From Octopus vulgaris (taxonomy: Eukaryota): a stretch of 64,000 bases of DNA. The stretch spans positions 37,634,001 through 37,698,000 of the forward strand of contig OX597814.1 of assembly GCA_951406725.2 (NCBI GenBank). Reading direction: 5' to 3'. Under the pieces are notes generated by a model, which saw nothing but the letters and a program-made list of their open reading frames with translations, did no database searches and was not told where the DNA came from. The position numbers were made by a program, and so were the translations under genes. Shown in pieces: positions 28,188 through 43,099 of the stretch (position 1 is the first letter of the stretch; every line of letters starts with the position of its first letter).

Positions 28188-29099
28188 GTGCATAATATTT
28201 ATAAAACCTGTGCAAACGTGGAAAGGAACTATATGTAAATTTTTTCTGGATAAATACCTCAAAGGAAATTCATCGGGCCTTCTCTGCAATAACTAATTCG
28301 AAGGATCTGAGCGTACCGGCAAAGAAATGTTCAGATATAGCGATCTGTGAACTAAATATTAACTGATTTGTGCGCAAGATAACCAAGCTCCAATTAGATT
28401 AACGCACGAACTTAAGACAGCTTGAATTTAGAAAACCAATAAATCATCTTACCTCTGTATTTGCATAAATATATATATACATAAATAGGCACACGCATGC
28501 ATATACTTATACACACTCACACAAACACACACACACACACACACAAGCACTCACATGCGTATAATCATGTGGTTTATTCACTCGCTTGAGCACAGCAATG
28601 CATCGTGGAGTTACGTAAAATATTTCGTCAGTTTGCTGACAGTGGTAAGCTACGTTCAGTTAAGCAAGCCAAATCTTGATATCGAATGGATGAGAAACCA
28701 TATCTCACACATATATGTATTCGCATATAAGATTATGGACACACACTGGTACGTACACATAAACACACACATATATGAGCTGAGAGAGAGGATGGGGTGT
28801 GGAAGGGGAGATATATGGAAAGAATTCATTTGAGCGAGACCTCTAGTAGGACCTTGAACAAGTATGAATATATGTGTGTGTGTGTGAGTATATGTTTGTG
28901 TGTATACAGAAATAAATATGTATATATGCATATAAATGCACGCACACACACCTGCAAATACCCGCCGCCACACATATATACACACATACATATTTATGTG
29001 CGTTTCTGCATATATGAATTTTGCTCTCTCTTTCTCCCACTCACACACACTTTCTATCCCCCCTCTCTCACTCTGAGTGAAGGGAAGATTGTATATTGC

Positions 29100-29620
29100 T
29101 TATGTATGAACTGGTAGTGAGAGGTGGCCTCTGAATGCGAGGATATGAGAAGACTGGAGAGGACGAAGCTGCTATGCTCCACTGGATATAAGATGTCCGT
29201 GTGCCTGTGCGACAGAACATTGGTATATTGAGAGAGAGAAAATGGGCATAAGAAAAAATGTATGAAGTGTGCCAGAGAGGAGACTGCACTTGTTAAGACA
29301 TATGATGCGGATGGTTGAGGACAGTCGCATAAAGAAATGCCGATCACTTAAAATGGAAGTAAGCTGTGGAAAGAGATCCAGTAACACATGGTACACAGGA
29401 ACTAATCAAGGAGAATATAAAGATATTTCACGTACAGCTGCAGTCGAAAAGAACTGTTGACCACAACAGAATTTAGATCCTAATCAGAGGTGCCACGTTA
29501 AAAGAATCGACTACACACTGCAGAGTGGTTGATGTTAAGATGGTCATTCATCTGTAGAAATCAACCCAAAACAAATAATGGAACATGGTGCTATCACTGT
29601 TTTGTAAACAAGGACATTTA
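29100..29620 (+). mobile_element. RTE-like LINE 3' fragment
   Basis: MLHWI...LREKMGI...ERRLHLLRHMMRMVEDSRIKKC resembles the RTE RRLRWYGHVMRM C-terminus. Confidence 0.65.
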
Positions 29621-30195
29621 TGGAAGTCACCGGATCAGAGATCCTCGAGCGAAAAGTTGAACTATATGTGTACATATACGTATATATGTGCGCGTATGTT
29701 TATGTACACATACGTATATGTATATGTATACATACATATAAACATATATACATATAAACGAAAACATTTATGCGTGCGAGTAAGTTTATGTACACATACG
29801 TATATGTATATGTATACATACATATAAACATATATACATATATACGAAAACATATATGCATACACATATATGTATACACACATTATCACCCTGGTGGTAG
29901 TAGAGAAGGAGACAGACACTTTTCCTTAATTGTAAGAAGGAATATGAAATTAAATTTCAGTATTCAATTTTTTTGCATCTAGAGTCTTCTAGATGTCTTC
30001 CACGCGATTTCTCTTGTAGCAGCGTCTTGGGTTTCTCTGCGATTTCACTTGTACTGGCGTCCTGGTTTCGTAAATTATATGATCCATGTGCTCAGAGCCA
30101 GAGATTACGTAGAGAGGCAAAACACCTCTCCAATGCAAGGACCGTAACATTATGCTGCTTACATTACATGTTGCATGTTTGTGTGAGTGAGTGTC

Positions 30196-30235
<40 letters not shown>

Positions 30236-30289
30236 TGTGTGTGTATGTGTGTGTGTGTGCATGTGTGTGTGCATGTGTGCATGTGTGTA

Positions 30290-30670
30290 CGTGCGTAACA
30301 CTGTCTTTGATTGTCCGCCCCCACCGCTAAACTACTGGTGTTGGTGTATTTGCCTCCCTCTAAATTAGCGATTTGGCAAAACAGACGAATAGTATAAGTA
30401 CCAAGTATAAAAGTCATTAGCATTCGTGTCCGTTCATTCGACTAACATTCCTCTAGGTGGTGCCCAGCATGGCAGCAGGATAAAGACTGAAAAAGTTAAA
30501 AGATAAAACATTAAAGATAAAGAAGGCGTGGATGTGTGGTAAGAAACTTCTCTCCCAACTACATGGTCCAAAGTTCAGTTTCACTGCTGGTGCCTCGGGC
30601 AGGTGTCTTTTACGATATATTCGGGTCTATACAAAGCATTGTGAGCGGGTATGAAAGGAGCCTGTCTTAT
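30290..30670 (+). mobile_element. SINE family B fragments (3' half followed by a new 5' half)
   Basis: Similarity to 22176-22602. Confidence 0.65.
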
Positions 30671-30989
30671 ATATAATTGACTTTTAAGGAAGCTTTCCAC
30701 TGTTTTAAAAAAATTTTTAAATTGTCGTGGTTAAATTTCGACCCATTTTCATATTTAAATTTTAAATTATTATTTCAAATCTATATATTTAAAAAATTGA
30801 TATATGTATATTACATTTAATTATATTAATGTATTGTACAATTTTCTTATTTTAATATTCTATACACCAGAGACTTTTTAAATGGGTTAGCTGGCGGTAA
30901 ACGAAATAAAGGAAAACAAAAATGTTCTTGAGAAACCAAATAGTCTTTCCTTCCTTCATGCCAAGTTTGAAGAAAATATCTCTTTTACA

Positions 30990-31320
30990 TCTTACTTTTT
31001 TAGTTTCTCAAATATACTGCATTTTGTAGCATTATTTCAAGCCAGCGGGCTTCTTTGTGCAAACAGCACGCGTATTTTTCTCGCGTACGCGTAATATCGG
31101 TCGCAATAGCTGATGTATTTGCGCGTACAAATGCACCTTTCCATGGCTTTATCGATCGCAATCTCAACTGGAATCGATTTTTGTAATTTTTTCAAGACTT
31201 ATACACGCGGTGATACCGTCGGTATCTACATATCAAATGTTAGCGCAGTCGAATGGAACATGCTCGTGATCCTAGAAGACACACACAGAGACAGACAGAA
31301 CAGATTTTATATAATATATA
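30990..31320 (-). mobile_element. Possible non-autonomous Helitron-like repeat, 5' portion
   Basis: Ends in ACACACAGAGACAGACAGAACAGATTTTATATA, architecturally like the 5' end of the Helitron at 62358-62742. No clear CTAG end. Confidence 0.35.
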
Positions 31321-31360
31321 TATACATTCACACACAGACACACTGACATACAGACACACA

Positions 31361-31422
<62 letters not shown>

Positions 31423-31511
31423 AGCGGGCAGTTTAGCTTCATGGTAAAAGTCTCAGCTGGAATCTGGGGGACGCAGTTTCGAGGAACGTGGCTGTTTGAG
31501 GAGAATTATCA

Positions 31512-31890
31512 TAGGCACCGCTGTGGCTTTATGGTAAGACGCTTGCTTCCCAGCCACATGGTTCCACGCTCAGTCCACTGCGTTTTACACTGGGCCAGTA
31601 TCTTCTACTATAACCTCAAGCCGACCAAGGTGTGGATATGCCAGACAGAAACTGAAGGAATTCCATTGTATATATAAGTGTGTATGTGTTTGTTTATGTA
31701 TATCTATGTACGTGCGTCTTGACAACTGGTGCGGGTGTGTTTCCGTACCCGCAATATAATGGTTCGGTAAAAGAAACCAATAGATTATTACGAAGATTTA
31801 AAACGCTAAGTATTACGGTCGATTAATTCGACTAAAAATCAATGTGGTATTTCAGAATGGCAGCACACTTAAGACTGAAAAAAGAGTTAA
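31512..31890 (+). mobile_element. SINE family B, decayed
   Basis: Similarity to 22176-22602. Confidence 0.7.
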
Positions 31891-31994
31891 CAGAAAAGAT
31901 ATATGAATATGTATCTATATATAGATATTCATATATATTCTATTAGCATAGTTTTTATTGAGCATTGACTCACATACTTAATAATTTTTACAAT

Positions 31995-32027
<33 letters not shown>

Positions 32028-33939
32028 ATTTATGTGTATTTGTATGTGTGTGTGTGTGTGTGTGCATGTATGTGTGTTCTTGCTCGTGTGTATTCGTGTG
32101 TGTTTTTGTGTTCTTGTATGTACACACACACACGATAATGTTTAATCGAAAACAAATATTATTTGATCACGCGTATTTGACTCAAATTGAAATGGTTAGC
32201 AAGTACGAAAATATATTTGAGATGACACTTAAAAGCAAATGAATGTAAAATAATCAATAATAAATATTTGCAGTAAATTGTTCATGGCTTGAGGATTTGA
32301 AATGGTTGTAAAACTGTCTGTTCTGAAAAATTCATTAAAATTATCACTACTTTGTCTGTTCTGAGGTGAGACGTTATTAGTGTGATCCCAATAATTAAAA
32401 ATGATGCAATAAAATATAGAATTCTGTTTTGTTGCTGTGTGAAAATATAGCCTATTTAAAATGTATACAGGCGATATATTCTGGAACCTTATGTAGAAAC
32501 TATCTTCAAAATAATTGCAAAGAAATAACTGTACAATTATCTGATTCAATATTTGCTACGGTATCTATGTGAAGAGATACGAAATAGTGTTCTAGTGACA
32601 TTGATTGTAACTTTATAGAGAAGAAGGTTACACATTATTTAGAGCATTTCAATTTATTTTTAAACGTGCTAGCAAGAAACAAATTATAAGGAATGAGTGT
32701 CTCTTTCAGTTATGTATAACTGTTGACATATTTAAAAAAAAAACATTTGCAAAATTTAATATTTATTTACATATCTATTTATATTTACCTAGCGAGACCC
32801 GTGAATTTTGTTGGAATTCATTGTAAACGTATTGGGTCAAGTATGAAAACTTTATCCAAATATTTTGAAAGCACAGCCTGTGTTGTGTCTGTATGGAAAG
32901 ATAGTCGCTCATCTACTACTCCTTGATAACTGAAAGAAGTTGGAATACTATGACTATTTAATGTTCTCTTCGTAATTAAACTTTCTATTGTAATAAATCC
33001 TACATATTTGATCGACTTAATACACAGCACTCATAAAATAAATATTTACTCTGATTTTTCTATTTTCCCTGTAAACAAAAGAATATTGCCGTACATATAA
33101 AACCTTTAATTAACTTGCACATTTATGCCACATAAATAAGCGTGAGTATTTCACGGAGTTGCACATGTGCGCATGCGTTATCAGATAGGTGATATAGAAA
33201 AATTAGTTCAATTTAAAAAAATACACTTTTCGGTATTTCCTCACCACCGCCAACTCCACTACCACCACCTCCACTACTACTACGTCCATCCCGTCTACTA
33301 CTACCACCATAACCAGCACGACCATCATTATCTCTCTCACTCACCTTTCTCTCTGCCTCCTCTCTATCAACCTTTCTCTCTGCCTTTAACATTACCATAA
33401 GGACATCATACCTAAGCTAAACTTATATTTTAACTTTCCTCCTCTATATCACTCCCTTCAACTAACTTTTTTTTAACTCCGTATTAAATATATTTTTAAG
33501 TCCACCATTTCTTCAATCTCAGCAGCTTCCAAGCTTCACCACTAATTCAATGTTTAACTATATTGCAAACTGTTAATAGTTTTAAAGAGGACACATCTTC
33601 AGCTACACTTTGGCATAAACAGTTTGAAATTTGGTTTTGTAGAAAAAAAGATACATCAAATTATCTGCGATATGAAGGGGAGAGTGGGGGCAGAAAGGAA
33701 AATAACTTTAACATATTTAAAAAAACTTTAATTCAAAGTGTATCTTTCTTCAGCTTAAAGGATAGAAAAATGCAAGGGAAATTAAGAATCGCTAGTCGTA
33801 TTGAACAAACATTAGGAGAGACAGAGTTATGAGGTAAAAATATTACGAAATTTCATGTCAGTAAATAAGGAAGTAAGGGAGTAACGCTTCAGCAATAAAA
33901 ATAAAGAATATATTTCTAAAATGAATGCTTACTTTCTAA

Positions 33940-34205
33940 GGCGGCAAGCTGACAGAAACGCTAGCGCACCGGGCAAAATGCTTAATGGTATTCAAATTTC
34001 GCAGAGGTCGACTTTGATTTGCAGATTATTATTTTTTTTCTTAGCCAAACACTTTCAAACTTCCGATACTGGTAGAATATGTCACATAGAACAGGGTTTA
34101 TTCTTAACGTTTTTACAAAGTTTTGTATTTTAGAAGCGTTATTTCGTATGTCTTTATGTTCTGAGTTCAAACTCCGCCGAGGTCGAATTTGACTTTCATC
34201 CGTTT
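33940..34205 (+). mobile_element. SINE family C fragments interleaved with a duplicated segment of about 95 bp (34048-34147 and 34259-34349)
   Basis: GGCGGCAAGCTGACAGAAACGCTAGC head and TTCTGAGTTCAAACTCCGCCGAGGTCGA. Duplicated AAACACTTT...TTCCGATACTGGTAGAAT. Confidence 0.65.
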
Positions 34206-35221
34206 CAGACCTGTTCAATTAGACGTAGAAATTATCTAATTAATTTTTTTAAAAAAATAAACACTTTAAAATTTCCGATACTGGTAGAATGTGTCACATA
34301 GAACACTTAATGTTTTTGACAAAATCTTGCATTTTAGAAGTTATTTCGTCTGAAGTTACAGAGTGACAATGGGCAAATTCTTGTTTAATAAGTGATAATA
34401 CACGGAACTCTTAGCTTTTGACTTACTCTCTGTATATATATATATATATATATCTGCCGATGATATATATACATATTACATATATGTGTAAAAACATTTC
34501 ATCTCATCGATTCAATGAAAGAGCCTCTACCTGGTCACCCGACATGCTAAAAATAGCAGCCAAAGTGCACCCTACCTAAATCACACGCCCATTGTATGTA
34601 ATGTACTAGATTATCTCTAAAAAGACGGTTTGCATAAGGCTGGAATGTCTTTGATAATACGTTTCCAGTATCAGGGTTTATTTAAGGCTATATAACAATA
34701 TTATGGTCGATTTCTATATTAACACACGCACGTTTTTCACTAAGCAAAAAGAGAGAACTTCGATTTTTTGCGTGGAATCAAGTACCCTGACCTCCTAATA
34801 TGCTGCAAATCTCATATTTTGGTTCGGAAAAAATGGGTTGGGGGAAATCCACCAATCGTGGAATCAATGGAAATGTTTTTCGTTGAATGAATTCCTGTGA
34901 CGCCCTGATATTGCAAAATTAGGTTATGTAAATGAGCCTGGTAACTGATGGTTTGGGGATTTTGTTTTTTGTAACATTTGGCGAGCTATGGTGCAACGGA
35001 AAACATGGTAAAAATCTCTGCCAATAATTTTGTGTGGATGGGTAATATCAAATAATTCATCCACAACATATATTTAATTTAAACACGAAATAATTCTAAT
35101 GTTATCACTTACATGGAAAAATAGAAATATTAACTTTCAATATTTTATAAGCTGAACAGTTAAATTATTATTGACACATTATTAAATATCTTATAACAGC
35201 AATGCCTGGAAAAATCATGGA

Positions 35222-35703
35222 TTAAATGGAGAAATGCGAGCCTGAAAATTCATATTCTTAATCGTATAAACCTGGAAAAGTACAGGACGAGATATTACAC
35301 CGGAAAAGTATAGGACAAGCTTCTAGTAAAGTAAAGAATAACACACTTTTTTACTTAAAATATTGCAGCTAAATTTAAATTTAAATATCAAAACTTATAT
35401 TATTATAGTTTACAAATGACACTATACTTATATAAGTAAAATTTTGCTAATTTACTACCTTAAATGCAAAATTAGCAGAAGAGTTTTGTACAACAAATTT
35501 AATAGATGATAATTGTAAAGAGTGATAAATTAGAAAAGAACTGGCTGTCTTTGCTGCAATATTTTAAGTAAAATGTTTCCTATTCTTTACTTTACTAGAA
35601 TAGCTTTTCCTATACTTTTACAGATGCAATAACTTGTCCTGTAATTTTCCGGGTTTACAATCTTACGAATAGGACATTTTATGCTCGCGTTTTTTCATGT
35701 AAT
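35222..35703. mobile_element. MITE-like element with about 145-bp imperfect TIRs
   Basis: 35222-35370 (...TTCTAGTAAAGTAAAGAATA...TTTTACTTAAAATATTGCAGC) is the inverted counterpart of 35553-35703. Confidence 0.7.
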
Positions 35704-36711
35704 ATTACATTTCTGTTATATTACATCATAGACGCTTCTCTCTCCCTCTTTTCCTCCTTTTCTCCCTTCGTCTTTTATTTTCTCGTTTGGTATTTGTTCA
35801 TCTTCTTTCTGTCTCGCTGTTCATCTTATCCTCTTTTCTCTCTCCTTTTTCTTCCTCCTTCTTCTACTCTCTTCTCCTTCAACTAATCACGTGAAAGCAA
35901 TACAATTACGTTACCCCTACCTCACATCATGTACACTTCACTCATTCTCTTTTTCCCACGCCGTCTTTTTCTCTCTCATACTTTTATCCCTCCCTCTTTT
36001 TCTCTATCCAGATTTTTGTCTCCTTGTTTTCTTTCTCTCTTTTCTTCTCTAATCTCGTGAAACCATTACCGACGGGCTAAGTAGCTGATTGAGAAGGAGA
36101 ACTATTATAAGATCTAATGCTCAAGATTATTAGATATATTGCGTTTCCATAATGACTGTAAGAAAATCACCGAACGTGGGAGTAAATGCATTTCATTATT
36201 TTACGTCATATATCGGTGTTAAATCATAAGATTCTCTTTCGAAACCCCGAGGTATATCAACCGCACTCTAAAAATGTATAAAAGAAAGCATAATCAGTTT
36301 TAAGAGAATATTCTGGAAGCAAAAACAAGGAAAAATTAACATCAATCTTTAGAGAGATGTAGCATTATTAATATTAATTACAAGACATATCTATCAATAT
36401 TTACTATATTCTTTTTATATTCTATTTTTTTAAAAACACTTCCTGTAAACAAACCAAAAGTATCCTTGTTACACCAATGCGCATGAGCCACTAGCATCAC
36501 ACCACAATACCACCAGCATCTAGCTCGAAGTGAAATCTAAATCTTATAACTTTTGAATCATGTTACGTCACCTGAGACACCTTGAACTGCGCGATGCATC
36601 TGATGTCATTACATCATTTCCCACCCACTAAAGAGCAATACAGAAGACAGCGGATACCATTGTTTAGCTGGATAAATCTTCTACTTACAGTCCGTCTTCC
36701 GTATCGTTGCA

Positions 36712-36841
<130 letters not shown>

Positions 36842-36983
36842 TGTGTGTAAGAGATAATGGTGTCATTGAGACCCAAAGGTGTCAGGTAATGCTGAATAAA
36901 TGTTATAGACAGACCATAGTTGAGTTCCAGATTTGGTAATATTGTGAATAAAGGGTTCAACGTTGGTTCTATGTGAGCGTGTG

Positions 36984-37110
36984 TATATAAGAATGTTTTG
37001 CGTAATAAGATAAAAAAACTCAAGGCTGTATAGATATTAGACCATTTATAAATGCTCTAATATCTATACAGCATTGGTTTTTCATGTTATTACACAAAAA
37101 CTTTATATAT
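36984..37110. repeat. Near-perfect palindrome (foldback) of about 125 bp
   Basis: Core GCTGTATAGATATTAGAcCATTTATAAATGcTCTAATATCTATACAGC, with arms extending imperfectly outward. Confidence 0.85.
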
Positions 37111-37811
37111 ATATATATATATATATGTTTCCGATTGCTACAGGCTCCTATTAAGACTTCTCCCTATGCTTCAGCCTCCTATTAAGCTGTGTTGAGACCC
37201 TTGACCTGCATCTCATATGGAATTTTCTGTCATTGGGAATTTTATTTATCGATATGCTGGTCTTTCTTTCTAAGGTATATTTAGTACACATGACTTTGAT
37301 TGTTGTCACAAACTGGCTGAGTCTTAAATCACTATCTTGCATACATAGGATGCTAGACCAGCTTCATTTGTGGATGTCCTTTCCTGATTGATTCCCATTT
37401 AGATTTATTGAAATTCAGGTTGGATGGAACTTGATTACTCCTGATTGGGTAGATACCAGCAGTTCGCCTAGGGCCATACGTAGTTTAAAAATGTTGTTTG
37501 AGAGTGCTGTTTGTGTCATCTTCATATTATTGATACGGTTCACAATATTTCGGAATGAGAGGTCCACGATGTTGTTTCCCCTGTTTCATCTGAGTATCAC
37601 TTGCTCCATGAACAACATATTACGAAGTGCAACCAATCACTACATAATTTTGTTCGTGGAGTTGCATCCCAGAGAGGATGTGGCTTTCTCGACATGTGAC
37701 AAGTGGGAGTTTGAAGTCAGCTACAAAGAGTAAGTTGATGGTCAACTCTAGGTTTGTCAATACATCTTCGATGTGTTTGAGGCTATCCACAAATTAGGCA
37801 TCATAGTTATA

Positions 37812-38300
37812 TAAGCACGAGTGACTGTGTAGTACGAAGCTTGTTTCCCTCCCTCATGTTTCCGGGTCCATCCCCATTGCGTGGCAATTTAGGTAAGTGT
37901 CTTCTACTATAGCCTGCGGCTATAGTACAAATACTTGTGAGTGGATTTGGAAGACGGAAACTGAAAGGAGTCCATCATATATATACATATGTGTGTGTGT
38001 GTGTGTGTGTGTGTGTCTGTGTCTGTGCGTGAGTGTCTGTGTGTGTATGAGTGTCTGTGCGTGTATGTCTCTGTGTGTGTTCGTGTGCGTGTGTATGTAT
38101 TTGCATGTCTGAGTTTGCCTCCTCAACATCGCTTAACAACAGATATTGGTGTGTTTACGTCCTCATAACATAACGGTACGACAAAAGACACCGATCGAAG
38201 AAGTACTAGACTGACAAAAATAAGTCCTGAGGTGGATTGGTTCAATTAAATGCGGTGCTCCAGCGTGGCCGCAGTCAGCTGACGGAAGCATGCAAAATAT
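37812..38300 (+). mobile_element. SINE family B with expanded internal (TG)n
   Basis: Similarity to 22176-22602. Confidence 0.75.
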
Positions 38301-38487
38301 TAAAAGAACAAAAAATAATAATATATATATAGCCTTTATATAACACACACAAACACACACACACACAGATATATAAATATCAGTGTGTGTAGATATTTAT
38401 TCATTTGAAAAAATGAACAGAAATAGATTTGTTGTTAATTTTGCGACTTGATTAAGTAAATCTTCCTAAGTTTAGAAGAGATGTTTA

Positions 38488-38680
38488 CCTCTTGTGAACA
38501 CCTAAAGCTCCACGAGGCTCCGGCAGGGGTGGGGGAGATCCCTGCTGTAGTCTTTCGCCGCAAATTTCTCTCACTCTTACTTCTGTAGGCCTGCTCGCTT
38601 AGCCTGCGGGGTGGCGTCATTTGAAGGCTAAAACAATGTGTAGCAACGTCTGATAGCCTTGTCGATCATGTGATCACTCG
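38488..38680 (+). mobile_element. SINE family A, 5'-truncated
   Basis: Matches 39605-39810. Confidence 0.8.
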
Positions 38681-39330
38681 AGACATATATATATATATAT
38701 ATATATATATGAATGTGTATGTGGGTGTGTATGTGTGTGTCGGTGTGAACATTAAACTGACTTTACACTGTCCTGCATATACACGTCTTTGTCCTCGAAA
38801 TTGCTTTTGGTTCGACCAAAAAATAACAAATCTCGCATAAAAAAAACTGGATAAATCCCCACCACGTAATATGATATTTTCTGTCAGTTATTTGTTTTAT
38901 GGTATAGATATTTATAATTTTGCATTTCACCTACTCTTATGGGCATCCAAGTAGTATTTATAGAATTCCATTTCATAATATGTACCGAGATTATTGTCGA
39001 GTACTCTGTGTAAAATTGCAGATTGTTCATCCAAATATTACTTACTAACTGTCTATGTAATTCCATCTTATAGTTAATGGATTGTTTTTATTATCACATT
39101 ATTTATCTAACCATAGGAGTGAGTCTGCATGTCCGACTGCCACTAGACACTATTAAGCCCTTGAGAGGTAATGATGTATTTAGATATAAAAATATCGTTA
39201 TGTACATGCACGTATAAATGTGTCGTTTTTTAATGAGCGTTAGTAACGAACGGGAAAATATTTCGATACACATCATGAAGTGCAATTATACACATGGAAT
39301 GTAAATGTATGTATGTAGGCCATTACAGGA

Positions 39331-39368
<38 letters not shown>

Positions 39369-39452
39369 AAACCTACAGAGAAATGCATATAAATGTGTCA
39401 ATGTGACTATGTAAATACTAATATGTGTACCTCCATATGAATGTAGAATAAG

Positions 39453-39511
<59 letters not shown>

Positions 39512-39517
<6 letters not shown>

Positions 39518-39809
39518 GCGCAATGGCCCAGTGGTTAGGGCAGAAAATCGTGGTCGTAGGATCGCGGTTTCAATTCCCAGACAGGGCGTTGTGAGTGTTC
39601 ACTGAGTGAAAACACCTAAAGCTCCACAATTCTCCTGCAGGGTTGGTGGCGATCCCTGCTGAACTCTTTCGCCACAACTTTCTCTCACTTTTTCTTCTGT
39701 TGGCCTGCTCGCTTAGCCTGCGGGGTGGCGTCATTTGAAGGCTAAAACAATGCGAAGCGCATTGTGACCAGCGATATGTAGCAGCATCTGATAGCCTGGT
39801 CGGTCACGG

Positions 39810-39810
<1 letters not shown>
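39512..39810 (+). mobile_element. SINE family A, full length
   Basis: A box TGGCCCAGTGG and B box GGTTTCAATTCC. The tail ends ...GCCTGGTCGGTCACGG and runs into (TA)n. Confidence 0.88.
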
Positions 39811-39860
<50 letters not shown>

Positions 39861-41279
39861 AGCGTATCAATGTATGCATCTGAATCTGAAAATGTATACA
39901 TGTAAAAACTTATATAGGTGTGTTTGCGTGTGCCATACAACCGCCAAAAAAAGTACGAGTGCGTGACTGTGTATATATACGAATACTTGTTTATACAAAT
40001 ATATTAATCTTATTTATATATTTTAGGTGGAAATATGTTTAAGTATATCTTATATAATTAATATTATTATTCAATACGCATTTTTAAGGCTGCTACTTCT
40101 CAGAACTATTAGTACAACAGCAACAACAAGAAAAATAAATGTCCCTTGGTATTTCTTTTGGCATTACTTTTTGAGTTTAAATACCGTCGAGGTCCACTTT
40201 GCCTTTAATCCTTTCATGTCCAGTAAAAGAATTACCATTTGAGCTGTGAGCTGTAGCCTACTTTCGCCAATTTTAAACTTGTACGTACAGTTGGAACGAT
40301 CTAAAACATTTTGGTTTACTTTGGGTTATGCACATTCTATGTTGTCTTGAAACGACAGGTTCCTGATTGTGAAAATAACTCGTTATTCCACTAGTGTATG
40401 TTTGGTACGCGTTTTAAATGGCTGTTATATATTGTTATGTAGCAAGGCAATGAGTTCATGTTCTATAACGACAGTTCTAGGTCGATTAGTCCTTAGATTA
40501 TATTTGTTTTCTGCTTTATGTATAAGCAACATATGTTTTAGATTATGTTCAATAATATGTTCAGTTAGATCGCTAGTCCGTTGGAATATGCTATGGCTTT
40601 AAGAGTGGCGTCATTTTGATGACATTTCTCATTGTTATATATATTTAAAAAATTCTTGAGCTTCGTAGCTATATGTATGTAACGATTTATATTTGACACT
40701 TAATGCTTGTATTTGTAACAATAAACTTAATGGACACTTTGAGATAATGTTTTGCACCTGGTTCATGTCTCTAAATTCCCACGAAATGTTTGTGCTTCTG
40801 AAACTGTCAAAATCTCCAGATTGAAAGATATTCAACAGACGTCAAATCGATAATGATATCCGTTACAAAGTCGATGAGGTGTTCGTATGTTTGATCAGTT
40901 CATTTTCAGTGAAACTTTTTATCTTGTGTTTGTTAGTGGTAAGATGTCGTTCCTTGCAAATCTATTTCACTTCGTGTAACGTAGTTAACTGCTTTCTTAA
41001 TTCTTCATTTGCTGGGAGATTGGCTTTCAGAGGGATCTAAATTCGGAAAGCGCACTCATCTGTGCGTCTGGTGAATATCATGTAACGTGTTTAAATCACC
41101 AACGGATTACCAGATCACATGATTTCGGCTTCCTTGAAGTGTCAAAAACAGATGCTTGAAAGCTAGAGACTGAAGTAAATAGACATGTCATAAAACGTTT
41201 TATATTTAAGTTGAAAAAATTTATATTTTCTATTAATCGACAATTTTATGTTGCAAGTTCTAAATGTGACTGCTTAATC

Positions 41280-42340
41280 ATGCCACATACCAATGGAGCC
41301 ATGAAACTGTCCGAATTTCAAAGAGGCTCTATTGTGGGTCAATCTGAATGTCGACCGAGTAAGCGTAAAATCGCAGAAGACTTTGGTATTCCGCTTTCTA
41401 CAATTAATAGAGTGATTGTGCAATTCACCAGAAAGGGGAAGGTGTCCACATCACCTCACCAAGGTCGACTAGAGCCCAAAGACAGGGATATTTGCTTTGT
41501 TAAGGGGGTAATCCTCATTGAAATGCTTTTGAATTTAGCAGAACAAGTTGATGTCAGTCCCACAGCAGATGTCAACTACCACCACAAACTTGACTACTAT
41601 GGCAGACTAGCTAAAAGAAAGCCACTTCGACCAGCCAGTATCAAGCGTGGAAGTGTTGGGCCAGTGAGGTGGTGGAATGGTCACTAGCATTTTGGGAACC
41701 TGACATATTCTCTGATGATTCCAGATTTGCTCTATTTTTTGACAGTGGTTGAGCCCGTGTCTGGAGAATCTGTGATCAAGAATTTGATGTCAAAAATTGC
41801 TGCCAACAATGAAACGTGACAGCTATTCTGTGATGGTTTGTAAACAGTTTGGAGCAATGGTCGATCAGGACTGATAGACTTTGAAGGAAACATAAACTCA
41901 GATAAATATGTGTCCATATTGTAGAAAGAACTCCTTTCAAACTTCTCCAGTGGGGAAATGATTGAAGAAGATTCTTTATTCATGGTAGATGTGGTTCCTT
42001 TTCACATGGCTAACAATATTCACAACTGGTTGGAAGAGAATGGTATTAAAACAATTTCATGGATAAGCCATTGAACACCCCTGAGGTGTAATGGACAAAA
42101 CACTTAAAAAGAACACGAAAGCATCCCAAAAAGTACAACTTTTTAGATTACTCCATGAAATTTCCCAAGAGAATGTTCGTCATCTGATCAGTAGCACATC
42201 TAATAGGGTCCGTGCATTGAAAAAGAAAAAGGGCATGCATAGTAAATATTAGATATTTGCAGTATAGCAATTACTAGGAAATTTGAAAATATAATTCCTA
42301 ATTTAAATGCATTTTAACGATTACAAGGGTGTGCATGTAC
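41280..42340 (+). mobile_element. Decayed Tc1-like transposon
   Basis: KLSEFQRGSIVG...IAEDFGIPLSTINRVI (paired-like HTH), LAKRKP, IFSDDSRF, EGNINSDKYVSIL and ALKKKKGMHSKY. TIRs were not resolved. Confidence 0.82.
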
Positions 42341-42343
42341 TGC

Positions 42344-42443
<100 letters not shown>

Positions 42444-42469
42444 GTGTGTGTGTGTATTTGTATATGAAT

Positions 42470-43050
42470 TATAATTAATTTAGGGTTTCAAAAGGGATAC
42501 CACCGTGCTAGATGTAGCAGTGAAAACCTTACTCTAAAGCTACATCATGTATTCATACAGCACAGGTGAAACGATAAATGAACAAATAAAATAGCAAAAG
42601 GCTAATGGATAATCTAAGATCGCGATTTCTTGCTATGCATGAATGTGCTCTTCTTCATCAGTGTAATATATACCAACATTAGTATACAATCACAAATACG
42701 TACAACATGGGAATATTTACACATACACACTTATACATACATATAAATGTACGTATATACACGACCAACGCATCTGTTCGTCCAACACCATGTGCTATAT
42801 GTTGAGAAATATCATCGTAGTAAATATAATGATGAAGTGAATATATATTTATAAATAAAATGTTTAAGACCGTTATTTAAAATAACGAACATATCGAGTC
42901 GCCAGCATGGGGAACATATTTAAAGGTAATTATTATTATTATTTAAATTATTATTATGGGTAACAAAATGAATACCACCATGCTAAATATAGCAGTCAAA
43001 ACCTGATTCTAAGAGCATATTATGTATTCATACAGCACAGGTAAAAAAAA
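42470..43050 (-). mobile_element. Hammerhead-bearing non-coding element, 1.2-mer of a unit of about 475 bp
   Basis: Diverged direct repeats at about 42497-42570 and 42972-43045. Minus-strand CTGATGA...GAAA-TCGCGA-TC at 42614-42665. Ends in (TA)/(TG)n. Confidence 0.65.
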
Positions 43051-43099
43051 AAAAAATTAATAAGCAAACTAGCATTATGTTAGATAACGATTTTATCCT

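Noticed and set aside
29698-29853. Tandem duplication of about 87 bp
   Set aside because: It is made of TA/CA-derived low-complexity sequence, an ordinary slippage product.
37130-37810. Possible CR1/Jockey-like LINE fragment on the minus strand
   Set aside because: Only weak hints (NFNKSKWESIRK), insufficient for a call.
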